Source of the DNA: Zygnema circumcarinatum SAG 698-1b
Lineage: Eukaryota; Plantae; Zygnematophyceae
Direction of reading: 5' to 3'
NCBI GenBank assembly: GCA_037447605.1
Contig: CM074815.1
Coordinates: 1 to 64,000 of the forward strand
Length of the DNA: 64,000 nucleotides
Shown piece by piece: positions 32,338 to 45,439 of this stretch (positions are counted from its first letter, which is position 1; each line of letters opens with the position of its first letter). The translations under genes and the position numbers were made by a program. A model generated the notes under the pieces. It was not told the origin of the DNA. It was given only the letters and a program-made list of their open reading frames with translations, and did not search any database.

Positions 32338-35300
32338 TCAGCTTTCGAATGGAGGAGGCAATCCGCGCAACGCCTGCAGCAAGCTCTTGTCGCCCGCACA
32401 CGCCGCTTCAAGTTGCTTGCAGCGGACGCGCCAAAGGGAAGGAGGCACACTCAGCTGAAGGGGGTCATCTGAAGGGGACACAGGCGATGTCGGGCACTTG
32501 ACTAAGGCTCCGAGGATGTTCTGCACATGCCCAACCAAGAACTTCAACTCTTTCTCTTGCAAGTTTTCTTAAGAACCCAGCATGCTGCATGGGTTCGACG
32601 TCTACTGGCATGCATACTCATCCGGAATCCACAACTCTGATCGCCCCGCTGTAATCTCGTCCTTTGCTCTTGTTGGGCCGTCATGTGCCACATTTTAAGC
32701 GAAGCCGTTCACAGAGTGGCGAGCATTCACCGCAGTCATGCATCGCATGGTCATGCTGTCCATGCGCATGCAAGAACGACCTTGGCACAGATCACAGCAG
32801 CATCTGCTATGTACAACTGCTACTGACTGAGGCAAGTCGGACGAGTGCATTGATTCAATTAATAAAGGATACAGTGCTAATATCACAGAGAAACAGGAAG
32901 ACAAGTTGTGCAGATTACCTTTTCCAAGGTGTCTCGACTCGCAGATCTTAGCAGAGCCCGAGCCATTGCCTCCCGTTTCAACTTGAAAGCGTCAAACGAA
33001 TGAGCCCCATGCTGAGCCGCCTCCTCGCACTGCCCATCCTGCCCGAACAGGAACCCCGCCACGTGCCGGACGGCCACCGAAACGGACATCGAGCCGGCTG
33101 CAAAGGCCTTGCTGCCTGCACCTGATGCCAAGTACGCACAATAATTCTCAAGCATTTTCATGCTATCCTGCAAGCACACAGTAATGACAGAAGATGTTAA
33201 AAAACAGTAAGCGGGTATAAGCTGCGACATGCTTTGCCAGGAAAATAGCTGAAAGGGTTGAACTCCTGTGCTCTTAAGTGCGTAGCCACACACCTTCTGC
33301 TCAGAATCCATACAACAATTCATGGACGGATTCAATCGAGATTCATAACTTGAAACAGTAAGCGGGTATAAGCTGCAACATGCTCCTTGCATGTCAAATG
33401 GTGGCCCCATGCAAAAGCTAGTCGAGTGATGAGAAAGCTACCTCGAGGGGGTGCAGATACCCCCGCCCCCCCCCGAGGCAGTCCCCAAGCGGCGGCAGCT
33501 GCGCCATGGCGGCCGCCTCCAGGGCGGTCCACGCACTCGCCCGGACCTCCTCCGCCACGTGTCGCCTCAGCAGCACCGCCACCTGGCGCCCAAACAGTCT
33601 GTCTCCGTACGACGCTGCGTCGAACTCCTCCGCCAGCTCGCGCGCGTACGCGGGATACGCGGCGGCCACGTCAGCAGCGAAGGCCAGCTGGGCGCCGTCC
33701 AGGTGGCGGCCGTACAGGGTCTGCAGGGCGGCCAGGGGGGCCCTCACCGCCTCCTTCAAATAGAGGGCACCGTCGGCGATGAACAGCTCCGAGAGGGAGT
33801 GGACCTTCCGCGCAAGAGGGATGCGGGCAACATGCACATCCGCACTGCCACATGACGCTGATGCTGCTGCCTCCATAGTTAACAGCAGTTCAAGCCAACA
33901 AGCTATGGTCGTTATTCCCGCTTCCTCACGATCATTATCAACAGCACTTCCTAGTGCTGCGCTCCCATTGCTCATTTCCCTCTGCTTGATCTCCCTTCGA
34001 CCATGCACGCCTTCAGAGGCGGGACTGAGGATCCAATGAGATGGCACGGGCAGCCGCTGCCCTACCCACTGAGACATCAGCCTCGCTCTCTGCGGCCTCT
34101 CCTCTGCAAGGGCAGACTCGTCGTCGGCCTCGTCCTCCACCTCCCGAATGACATCTAGTTGCCTCTCCCCCTGTTTTGCAACATTTCGCTCCCTTGTCCT
34201 TACGCCGGCCACGGTACCTGCTCCCCCTTTTCCTTTCTCGGCGAGCCACACTGCGACATAATGGCGGAGAAGGGACACCCTGAAGACTTCAGACGACAGT
34301 GAGCGCTCCGCATGGCAACTGCCCGTGTCGCGGATGGACTGAACCGTCTTCCCAAGTCCTCCCACATCCTGTTCTGATGACTTACCGTCCGTGGCTGTAA
34401 CACCACTCTCCTCTCCTCTCCAGCTCCACTTCAACGCTACAGAACTCGTTTTTATCGCATTATCTCTTAGCTTCTGCACCTCGACGAGGAACCCAGCCAC
34501 ACCTCGTTCGAACAAGGGTGCCTCTCTCTCAGCGGGTCCGATGAGAGCTAGTGTTCCAAGCCTCACATCCATCCTCCATGCAGTAGTTTCCTCATCCGCT
34601 AAGTCCAGTGGCTCAATCCCACCAGCCTCCCCCTCCCCCTCCCCCTCCCCCTGCTTCTGCTTCAAGGAGAGGGACAGGGGGAGGTCCAACAGGGCCCCCA
34701 CCACGCCGCCCTTCCCCCGCAGGGCCGCCACGTGGAGGGACCACCACCCCCCCCCAGGGCTGCCCCAGCCTGTTCCCAACCCGGGGGCCGGACCTCCCCT
34801 GTCATTCACTTCTAGGCCATGCAGTCCCCCCCTTTCAACGCCCTGCCTCACATCTTCCCCCATCTCTCTCAACAACATCACCATCTCCAGCTCCGCTGCT
34901 TGTAAGAAACTCACAGTTCGCCATGGTCCTTTAGCTCCCCCTTTGCCATTTCCACCTTCAAAACCCGTCCCTTGCCCATCAACGCCTTCCTGCACTCGAT
35001 CTGCAGCATTTCGTTCCTGACTCGGCTCTCTACAAATGACTTCATCTTCCATGGCAACAATCTCAGGCAGTGGCGGCTGCAAGGTTCCCTCCAGAGCGGA
35101 CAAGCCGACACCTAAGCCCGATGCAGCCAACGCTCGGTGCAGCACTTCAACCAATCGCGTGACGCCATGGAGGCAGCTCACAGCTCGCAGGGCCACCTCA
35201 CCGCGGCTGCTTCTTCCGGCCGCCACCAGACTCTTCAGAACATCTGTTTCTACCGTGCATCTTTTGTTCTTCATTTCTATGCCATCGGCAAACACAGGTG

Positions 35301-37045
35301 AGAACCTCACGAGTCCTGAGAGCAGAAGAGACCTTCCTACATGCTGCACAAATGGTGGGAGCCATGTTTGCCGCCCTGACTTCTCATATCTGTTGCCATT
35401 ATTATACTGATCAAATTGGGGTATACTTCTCTCCACAGCTGTTGCCAGAAAATGTAGAACAGCAGCCAGGGCTGCTAATTCCCCGCCTTGTTTTGAACAG
35501 CTGTAGGTTTCTTGCTCAACGCCGCCTCTCGATTCATGTCCTTCTGCACCCTCACCGACCTCTCCCATTGCCATTCGCAAGATTAGTCGAGGAGAGAGCC
35601 AAAGGGTGGCGGTGTGCACGAGCGGTAGCGCCACGCGCCACGTCAGACTCTCGCTTGCTGGCGAGCCACCGGCGGTGTCCTCTGCATCGAGAGGGAAGTC
35701 TTCAGAAGCTTCTGAAGCAGGAGGCGGAACAACACGCAGGCGAGGAAGGCCGGAAAATAGTGCTTCAAGAAGCAAGTAGGACTCCCTAGCCAGAGTCCAG
35801 GTTTCTTCAAGGCCCACATTTCTGTCCTCCACATTTTTGTGCTCCTGGTCTGAAGGCGTGACTGGTGTGCTCCTTGCTGTAGTTGTCATCTCACTGGGAG
35901 GCAGAAGCCAGAAACAGATAGAGGGATAGTAGTCGGAAAAGGCGTCCACACAGAGGCCATAGCGAGCGAATACTCGCCACAGCCGCAGCGCTTCCACAAC
36001 CACGGGGCCGTCACCACAGTCAGAAGAACGCCCAGAAGTGAGCGAAGGATTCGCCACACTAACGTTTCCCGCGCTGTGCACCAACAAATTGGATAGTGCC
36101 AGTTGGAATACTCCCGTCTCGAGAAAAGAGTTGGCAATGGTCTGATCTGCCAGACTCAGCACCTGCATGAAGTGAAAACACACATTATACACACAAGAAT
36201 CTCGCATCAGTTCTCATTGAAAAACTACACAGATGAACTCCCTTGAAACCCATGTAGTTGGCTGAATGATGCTGACTCCATGTGGGAGAGAGTAGCCGAG
36301 GCATGCAGAGAGCCCCCCATGGCCGCCCTACCTTGAGGAGACGCACGGCCAGCGCGCGCTCTGAGGAGGAGGAGGAGGAGGAGGCGGAGGCGGAGGGCCC
36401 CGCGAGGAGGAGGCGCGCGCGCAGGAGCGGCAATAGCCGCGGGCAGTGCGCCACCGCGCGGGCGCCCGCAGGGGAGTGCCGCGCAAAGGCCACCAGACAC
36501 TGCAGGAGGGCGCCCTCCGCCCCGCCGCCCGGCTGCACCACCTGCACTCACTCACTCACTCACTCACTCCATCAGCGACTGTGTGTGAGTGAGCCTGAGA
36601 GAGAGAGAGAGAGAGAGGGAGGGAAGACGTTATCACAGCACTGGCGACACCCCGAAGACTCGTTTTTTCAATAGGAGCAGTCTGCAGAGGAGATAACAGT
36701 AGGCAATGAGTAGTCACCGTTCATTTGCGTCACATTTGAAGCCACACAGCTCCAAGTATGTGTTGGTTGGGGGTTGTGTCAGCAAAAGCTAGCCTATCGA
36801 ACCAATCAAGCTAGTTTACCATTATTGCCGCATCCCCTGGAATCTCCACAGTGCATCACAACCGAAATGGTTGCTCCCAGACAGTTCACTTCGAATACGA
36901 TATTGAGGTTACTGGTCATTCCAGCTCACTGTGTGTAGATAGATAGATAGATAGTATGATAAACAGATAGTATGTTAGACATACACAAGGCCCCACATTT
37001 CCCCAGGCAAAGCCCATTCATTGTCCATAAGAAAGGGGCTGTAGG

Positions 37046-37086
<41 letters not shown>

Positions 37087-40000
37087 GCCGGAAGTGGACG
37101 TAAGTGCATCTGATGCCGACCTCGAGGATGTACCGCATGCGAGGGAGGACGCCCATTCGGAGGAGTCCCGCGGCGAAGTCGCGACTCGCCACGTCGGTGT
37201 CCGCCCCCACCGTCCCGCCCTCACTCGCCCCCTCCCCCTCAGACGGAGGGAGAAACTCCGACGGCTTCACCGTGTCCTTCCATCTCCCCGCCCCAAAGAA
37301 CCCGTTTCGAGCACTTGGACGTTGCCGGAAAATGGGACACGTGGCCACTGTCTCCTCTCCACGCCAAAGACCCTGTGAAATCACATCTCCAAACCACAGC
37401 ATTTTGGATCAGTCTTCACGACGAATGGAAATGTTAAAACACTAAAAGGGAGCCCGGTCACTCATACATGGCTGGTTGAACAGGGTGATGCGTTGCCATT
37501 CATGACTGCCGGTACCCATGGCCAGAATGCAGACCTCTTGGGCGTCGAAAAATGCTTCGTTCGCTGCCGAGTTCAAGCAGGTCTCCATGGCTCGAGCAGC
37601 TGCCACCACAACTGTCGAATGCGGGTCGTCGATAGCCATTCTGTAACAAGGAAAGCAGACAAGGATCACTCCCAATCCTCTCCTTGCCAGCTCCCTGCAG
37701 CTCTGCCATAGGGAGCCACTCGCGTCCTTCGCCAGGAATGACGACGAGGGAGGGCCCACAGAAAGTTGTGCAATGGAGTGAATCCCTTTTCTTCTTTATA
37801 GAGCTCTTACACAGTACCAATGCAGGGTCAACAAATAAGCGTTGTAAAGTTTTGCAAACACCAACTTAACGCAAAATAACAGCTCCAGATTCACAATACG
37901 CAGATGGCAGGACATACTCCCTTGCTGGTCTTGCTTGTGGCAAGTCTTCGCTATAAAAATTAAGCAACAAACATGATTGAATGAAACAAGCCCATGTTGT
38001 CCTCACCGCAGCACAACTCCCAGCATGAGCTCCGGGCCGAACGCATACGCCCACACGGCCTGCCAATCCGGGGCCGCCACATGGCGCTGTGGAGGCAGTG
38101 CCAGCAGGGCGAGGGCGGCGGCGGCCCTGGCGAGCGTGTGCGCGAGGAGGCGCAGCGCGGCGGCGCGCTGCGCGGGGAGGCCGCTGCGGGCGAGGGCCGC
38201 GGCCTCGCGCAGGGAGTACCCCGCCCGCCCGGGGGACCCATCCGACCGCAGCAAATCACGTTCCGCCACGTGGCGCACACTCAACTCCCGCACCATCTCG
38301 CCTTCGCTGTCTTGCTTCACACGCGCTGCGCAAGAGACGAAGGTGGACAGAGGTGACGGGCAGGAATAGATCGCAAAATACCGAGGGGCAAATTTGGGAA
38401 GACGTGCAAACAGGGTAAAACAGGGTAAAACATGCTGAGAACAGAAAGGCCATAATAGCAATAGATATCTGGACAGATTTTTCAGGCAGCTTACTGGAGT
38501 ACAGCCGCAAGGTAAAATGTCAAAAAATATAGTGCTGCTTATCCCCTTTTCAAGAACTAATATCCGAACGTCTAGCAAGCACAATTATTAACGACGACAC
38601 TCTTTATGACTTCTGGCACCAATTTCTTCTAAGAGCATTTACCATTCTCATGCTTCGGCTCAAACAGACTGGGAAGCAGACCGGATCTATAACTGCTCAA
38701 GTGCCAGATGCTCACCCGGCAAGCCAGTGCTGTCAGCTCGCACAATTCCAATAATATCCTCCGCCTCATTGGCTGTGGCTAGCGGCACTACGGAGCCATC
38801 CAGAGCAAATCTGATTCCCCTGACAGCCTCCACCCTTTCAGCCCAGTCCTTCCCCAGCAACAGAGGCAATCTGCTTGTAACCGACTCATCACCATCACCA
38901 GCTCCTCCCACACCAACAGGTTGTTCGCCCTCCACAGATGGTCCTACATTCTCAAGCTCAGAAAGCTTTTCTGAATGAGGCGAGTCTCTGCCAACATATT
39001 TTTCTGTTTTGCAGTCTACATCTGCTCGCACACCCTTCATCAGATGCGCGTCAGCACCACCTTCCGACATAGTCACTGGTAACAGCAGATCATCTGAGGG
39101 GAGAGTACTATCCGACGCCATGGAGATCACTTCTGCTGTGTCGCCTGTAATTTCCTGATTGACTTTCAGATCGTTGTCCATCCTTCTTATTGATGTAAGA
39201 GCTTCGTTTTGTTGACTTTCTGTGGAAGACAAGTTGGGCTCACTTCTCTCCATTGGTCTCCTTAACTTTCCTGCTCCACGTTTCCGCAGGGCCTCCAAAA
39301 CTCTAGCTGGCAGAAGCTCTGCAATCTCCTTCTGAGTAGCAGCCACTTCAGCAGCATCCATCCTTGCAATCCTTCTCGAGTTCTCTGCATCAATGTGTTC
39401 CAATTCCACTTCAAGTGCCCCTCTCGCTTGCACGGCAGCAAGCGTACCTCGATGAAGGCTTTTCTCCTCGCTTGACATCCGTCCACTACTGCCCCCATGA
39501 AGCCTGCTCTTAGCTCGAGTGTTCCACGCATCTGTCACAAATACGTCTGTGCTGTTTTCTCTGCCTGGCCTAGGACTAGGAGCTGTGAAGATTTGGGTTT
39601 CTGCCATACTGCTTTCAGGACTCTGTGCTATTTTGTCCAGCCCGTTTTCATCTAAACCTACTCCAGCATTTGAGATTCCCACGTTATCCGCAGGAGCGCT
39701 GAAAGGTTTCTGCAGCAAGCCTCTTTCTCGTCGAAACAAACTTAACTTTCCAGATCCCTTACTTCTACCGATTAGCGGCTGAGCCGCAGACAATGCATCT
39801 GGAGGGGCATCATCCTCGTCTCTGTTTCCAGGGCTGGACGGCTTTCCCAGTGCAGTTTGGGGCTGTAACCGTAGGTTCTGCAGCGAACGACAACATTGCA
39901 AAAAAAATCAGCAACTATAGTTGGAGGCGACTCAAGTGAACATACATTCACTTCAGTTACACAGAGCATGATAGTCTCTTACCTACGAGGGTACGAGATG

Positions 40001-41861
40001 AACAAACACTTCCAAACCATGCTATAGCTAAACGGGTTTGCTGACGATAAAATGATCAATCTCATTCTCAACCATGAAAACAAAACAGGCAGGCTTTTTT
40101 CAGTATACTCATTCGCAGACAATGAGGACAACGTTAAATTTAGGCGGTTACTCCTTAAAAGTACGGGGCTGGGCACTCCCTGCCTCCCGAGCAACTAGCC
40201 TTTTTCTCTTCTAATATTATCTTTCAGCGGGATTCAACATTAAGCCATAGATAACAATAGGGCGTGTCAGACTTAAAAACCGTTAGTATGCGTGTCCGTA
40301 AGTTTGACACCAGAACGAGTACTCAAGTAAAATCGCGATCGTTCTGCGGCGGAGTACTTTCGTAGCCTTTTTTTTCGTAACGCTTTTCGTAGATTTTATT
40401 AAGTCTGACACCCCCTATCGAGTGGACACTCGAAAATTTGTCACGCAATTGTGTTCGGCAAGAAATATGGATTCCCTGGAGCCTGGTTAACCCGTCCTCA
40501 CAACGTGTAGCTTTTTCAGAAATGGAAGAAAGACCAAAAAGGGTGGCATATGATCAAAACTTTCCGAAAGAATCCACTTGCTAGGGAAGAAAAGTACTGA
40601 AAAGCCTCTGGGTGCTTAATATTCGAGGAGCAGAAATGAGGCCTATTGCTTGTGCAATAGGGATTCGTACTGGCATGAAAGTAAAAGTACATACCGGCCC
40701 TTCTGAACGATGCCGAGCCACCGGAAACGGCCGTATATTCGGCTCCGGAACTCTGGGCTTTGAGGACTGCACCTCTGGTCCAAGTGTGAGCTTTGAAAAT
40801 CCCTTTTCTCTAACACTTCCCAGTACTTCCAAGGGTTTGTAAGGCTTGGCATTGGCCTCTTTCAGGTGAGGCACGGTGGCTGTTGTTGGAGCTACCCGGG
40901 ATGCGACACCTGGCACCATGGGTACCGAAGCCCTCTGAGCAGAGGAGCGCTGCTTGGATGCGGATGCAAGAGATTCAGGAGGTCCATGTTCCTCCACCGG
41001 CTCGCTATCGACGAACTTGTCGCCGTGTCCTGACTGGGCTGAACTGGTGAATGGAAACCGTTCCTTTTCTGTGGAAAAACCTGCCCGGCACACCCTGCCT
41101 CGACCTCAGCTAGAGTACTTCAGCATACGAGCGTGACAACTGTCACTACACAAAGCATACATTGCGCTTGATCAATTGTAAGAATTTTTCTTGCAAAGAT
41201 CGGCAACGTTAATCTATGAACGTCCTCAAACTCACAGCAAAGGTCAGATTATTTTTTTACACCTCCACAGAACCGCATACGTTTTCTTCTGCTGGATAAG
41301 CCCGTGTTTTTACATCTTCGAAAATAACGTGTACCCGTGTTTCACTCCAGAAATGTGCGTATTCTCACACGGAGTCATGAACTCGTCATCCTTGCTTTCA
41401 AAAGTAACGAGGAACCGCCCAAAAAAAGCCCAGTGTATGGAGAGAATTTATACAAACACTTGAATGGTTTTCCATTCTTGCAGTTGTCAAATATTTGTTT
41501 CAAAATGTGAGGAGCGATTTTCGTGATATTGGTGGGTTTGTATGCTGTGAATGATCTTGGGTTCCCCTGGGATGCTTAGGGCCAGTTTTCAGCACAATAA
41601 GCTCCATGCAAACACAGGCGCATTCGGTGGACGGGAGCGGCGCTGCGAGACCGAGCAGCAGAACGCACTTGGAGGAGCGGGCGGGTGGCGCGGCCCGGGC
41701 GTGGGCGTGGGCGTGGGCGCGGGCGCGGTGTGGCGGAGGCGCACAGCCTGCGCAGCAGGCGGCGGGCGCGAGGCAAAGAAGTCCGCCTGCAGCCGCAAGA
41801 GCTCCGCCTCCTCCGCCTCCGCCTCCTCCTCCTCCTCCTCCCTGCGTCCCCGGGCCGCCAT
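32338..41861 (-). CDS. RPAP1: RNA polymerase II-associated protein 1 (RPAP1 / MINIYO-IYO)
   Basis: N-terminus EAELLRLQADFFASRPPPAAQAVR; VLGSVREKGFS...RPFPVARHRSEGP; RPAP1_N IDAENSRRIARMDAAEVAATQKEIAELLPARVLEALRKRG; WAERVEAVRGIRFALDG; RPAP1_C VAERDLLRSDGSPGRAGYSLREAAALARSGLPAQRAAALRLL; C-terminus LEAACAGDKSLLQAL. About 10 exons, e.g. 41669-41861, 40695-41080, 38716-39877, and a large exon at about 33500-36165. Confidence 0.93.
40260..40415. mobile_element. 156-bp MITE in an RPAP1 intron (17-bp TIRs, TA flanks)
   Basis: GGGCGTGTCAGACTTAA (40260-40276) versus the reverse complement of 40399-40415, GGGGGTGTCAGACTTAA, a 16/17 match. TA occurs on both sides. Confidence 0.75.
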
Positions 41862-42131
41862 CGCCCGCTCGCCCCCGCTTGCTCAGCCCCGCCCCGCCGA
41901 GGTCGGTCGGGGGGGCGGGGGCGAAAGGATGACAACTGTGTACCGTACCGTACCGTACCGTACGGAGTGCGCGAAGGCAGAGGCACCGCACGCCCGCCCG
42001 CCCTTGCACGGGTCAAGGCCGCCTCGCCTTCTCCTCTCGGGCCGGGAGAGGCGGAGGGGGAGGGGGAGGGGGAGGGGGANNNNNNNNNNGGGGAGGGGGA
42101 GGGGAAGGGAAGGGAAGGGGAGGGGGCGGCC

Positions 42132-44818
42132 ATGGCCCTACTGCGTGCGCCGCCTCCGCGCCGCCCCGCCGAGCAGGCCCGCCAGGACGACGGGCCCGCC
42201 TCCCACGCTGCGCTCCGGAGGACCCACGCCGCTCGCCCGTCCACTCAGCAGCGCCGGCAGCCATGCCACACCCCGTTGCTCCCGGGCAACGACCGACTGA
42301 GGGAGGGACGAAGCCAAAGTCGCAGACGAAGTGAAGCTAAACTGTCTCTTGGAAGCCTCAACGAGCGGGAAGTGAGCAGCGTTCCCACCGCGGATGTCGG
42401 CCGTGGTGGCCGCCGAGAGCAAAGCAGGCGAAAAGTGCCCGTTCCAGCGAAGCGGACTGGTTCTGTGTCTGGGAAGCTGAGAAATGAGAAAAGGAAGTCT
42501 CCTGCAGGAGACGTCCTGTACGATTTCAGCCGCAGTAAGGGGGTGAAGAATTGTCCACTTGGAGTTGGAGGTGCTGTTGTCGTCCAGGAGTCATCAAGCA
42601 GGTAGACATGGGGAATGTCGCCGCCATTTTTTCTCATGGAAGTATCTTCGAACGACTGTGTCATCCATCCGTTTCCATGTGCACAACTAATGCGTGCATT
42701 CTTTTCCATGGTGGCAGACTACCGTCCTTTGAATAAAGTATGTTACGTTTGCAAAGTAGTGTACTCTTCGACAAAGAGCGAATCACCTTCAGGTCACAGT
42801 CATCTGGGGTCTGTTCTCGGCTGTTTCGTGTATGTTTTGTTCAAGGAATCGCTGCACTTTGACCTCGCATTTCAGTAAGAACATTTTGTATTCGTCACTG
42901 AACTCTCCAATATCCTTTGGGGTGCATAAGTGGAAGAATGGCGTGTGCGCAATTGCTCCTTCAGAATGAAACTTATCTATCAAGTTGATTCCCGCAAGCT
43001 TGCCTTTCACCAGCGAAAGTTGTGCTGTGTGCGTCTAGTCGTCAGCATTGCTGCAGTTTGTTGCAATCTCTGGATGTTTTGTGAGGGGAATGGCGAACTG
43101 TTTAGTCGTTTAACATGCATTTTGTGGGTGGTATATGTTCAACAGAATTGGAACTCTGCAGGATCATTCAACGTGCACAAGTGGAATCGGACATAAGGAG
43201 CATGGCTCAGCTTCTGACTGCTCTACCTGTAAGCCGAAAGTTCACGTCATTTTAGTTGTACCTTTATGATTTTCGCTCGCATGATTGGCTGAAAATTACA
43301 TTGTTGAGACTGATGAAAAACTAGTTTTCTCGCAGGTGGCATGCAACTACTACCGAAGACGTCGTACCCAAATTTAGCTGCAATGGAGGAAGCTGAGGTG
43401 AACTGGACAGAGGTATTGCTTCTGCACTTCAGCTATTGTGCTTGCAATATGGTGTCCACTGCGTGCACCAAGGGTTTCCCTGAAGCACGCAATTTGCCTT
43501 TCTTCTTTCTAGTCTCGGAGATTCACGTAGTTATTGTGGGAGACTTGCCTTTGGAGAATAACCATTCAACCAGATTGGGATGCTCTGCTGCTCCAAATCC
43601 GCTTGGTCATGCTTTATTCCTGTTGCAGCTCGATGACTGTGGAGCAACATTCCAATTGCGAGAATATTCTTCAGAATACCAGCAGAACTCCAGTGAGCCC
43701 CTTAGGCAGTCAATCCCTGGGTCGAGGTTGGATTTGAGATGTGGAATTGGTGAAAGAGTCGTCCAAACTTCAGCAGCGGGCAAGGTGCCGGATTGGGTGG
43801 AGCGAAGGAGGCAAGCAATAGCTGCACGATTGGCACAGGCGGGAGAACATGAGGTAAGTGTTGAACACTAGTTTCCTGCAACCTCAGTGGAAGGGAAAAT
43901 ATCTTGCTGAGAAAGATGGAGCCGGCTGACCTTGTATTTTCACTGGGTTTTTTCTGTAATCTCCTATTATGTCGCAAGCTGTTTTATGCGTCTCTTCTTT
44001 AGAAGGAAACGGAGTTGCTACGTGCAACCTGAGATTACTGAAACACTGTTTGTTGTGCTAAACTATTTTGTCTATTTGGGGTGCTTGATTGTTTAAGAGA
44101 TCAGGGTGCAGTCTTAGAGGCTCGGCAACGACTGGATGAACGTCTGCGAACTGCTGGTCAGCCGAACCGACGCCAGGGCTCTTTTAGCTTGAGAACGGCT
44201 GTGTCAGGGTGGAAGAACACCTCAATGCTGTCAAGGAAATCACAACAGCGCAAGGAAGATGCACAACATAGGGGAAGAGAATCTCGAGGAGGGCAGCCCT
44301 TTGGTTCACATACGAATGGCACGCGAACTTCTCATCCTTCCATGTACTCACGTGAATGGGCTAGGGATTTGCCTGCTCTGTCGTCCCAGTTAGGTGAAGG
44401 CATAGGGATATGGAGAGGCGACCTAGCGTTCTTGGAGAGGTATTCTGCTATTCAGGAGATTGAGGCAACGCGGGTGAAGGAGTGCGGTGGCAAAGGACTG
44501 GACCAAGCAGCAATTGATGTCCTGACGAGGGAGACATGGGTGGAGGGTTTGGAAGTGAAAGAGCCATGGTTTGGTTGGCCGCGCTTGGGAAAGCTTAAGC
44601 TAGTGTTAGGGAGGCGGACTCCATTGGGCGCTCATGAAAGCAAGACCGCGCCAGAGGATGGCGTGACAACGAGGGACTGCCCCATCTGTCTCGACAACTT
44701 CACAGCGGGGGAGGTCCTCCTCCTCTTGCGGTGCGGCCACAGGTTCCACGAGGGCTGCATCGTGCCGTGGTTGAGTCACCAAAGGCGGTGTCCTTATTGC
44801 CGGTCGACCGTCACGTAG
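42132..44818 (+). CDS. RING-H2 E3 ubiquitin ligase (RHY1A-like); last exon certain, 5' exon structure uncertain
   Basis: The terminal exon 44105-44818 encodes LEARQRLDERL and the C3H2C3 RING CPICLDNFTAGEVLLLLRCGHRFHEGCIVPWLSHQRRCPYCR. The preceding exon ends GAG|GTAAGT at 43853 in phase 0. The ATG at 42132 is the first plausible start. Confidence 0.8.
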
Positions 44819-45288
44819 CAGCCATGGCTTGGCACTCTCCACAAATAGAAATAAGTGTTGTATAGGAGGAATGTCCCTCACTCTCATAAGGTATAATGTA
44901 CATTTCCTGTGTGCTACAGCTTCGGAGAAAACAAGATGTCACAGCGTTAATGCATTTTTCCTCCTGTTGAGTGTCAAGCGCTTGTGCTGTCTAGGGCGAA
45001 GTAATTGCTTACACAGGTTTTAAATTTGAAGACACATGCTTCTGCACCACTCGCTGTGTGATCCTGCTTGCGCAGTCCGCCCTCCCCGCGGTGTCATAAT
45101 CGTTTGACATCACCTCTTTGCCTGGTATGCGGTATTTCCAAACCATGGCACCATGGCACAACAACAGTTAGAAAGAATGAAAATCTAGTTAATTCGAGAA
45201 AAAACTGAAACAGAAAAAAAAATGTTCGACAGCAAACTAGCTATCCATATCTAGCTCTCCAGCCCGCACGTCGTCGCCCCTTGCCTGC

Positions 45289-45330
45289 CTGCTCCTGCTC
45301 CTGCTCCTGCGCCTGCTTCTGCTCCTCTCT

Positions 45331-45369
<39 letters not shown>

Positions 45370-45370
45370 C
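45289..45370. repeat. (GCTCCT)n-type microsatellite upstream of ABCB29
   Basis: Tandem CTGCTC/CCTGCT units in the GC-rich 5' region. Confidence 0.85.
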
Positions 45371-45439
45371 GCGGAAGGGGTATACATAACGGTAGCGGGC
45401 GGCCAGCTTGCCTGCCTGCCGGGCCGCCCGCTATCGAGC

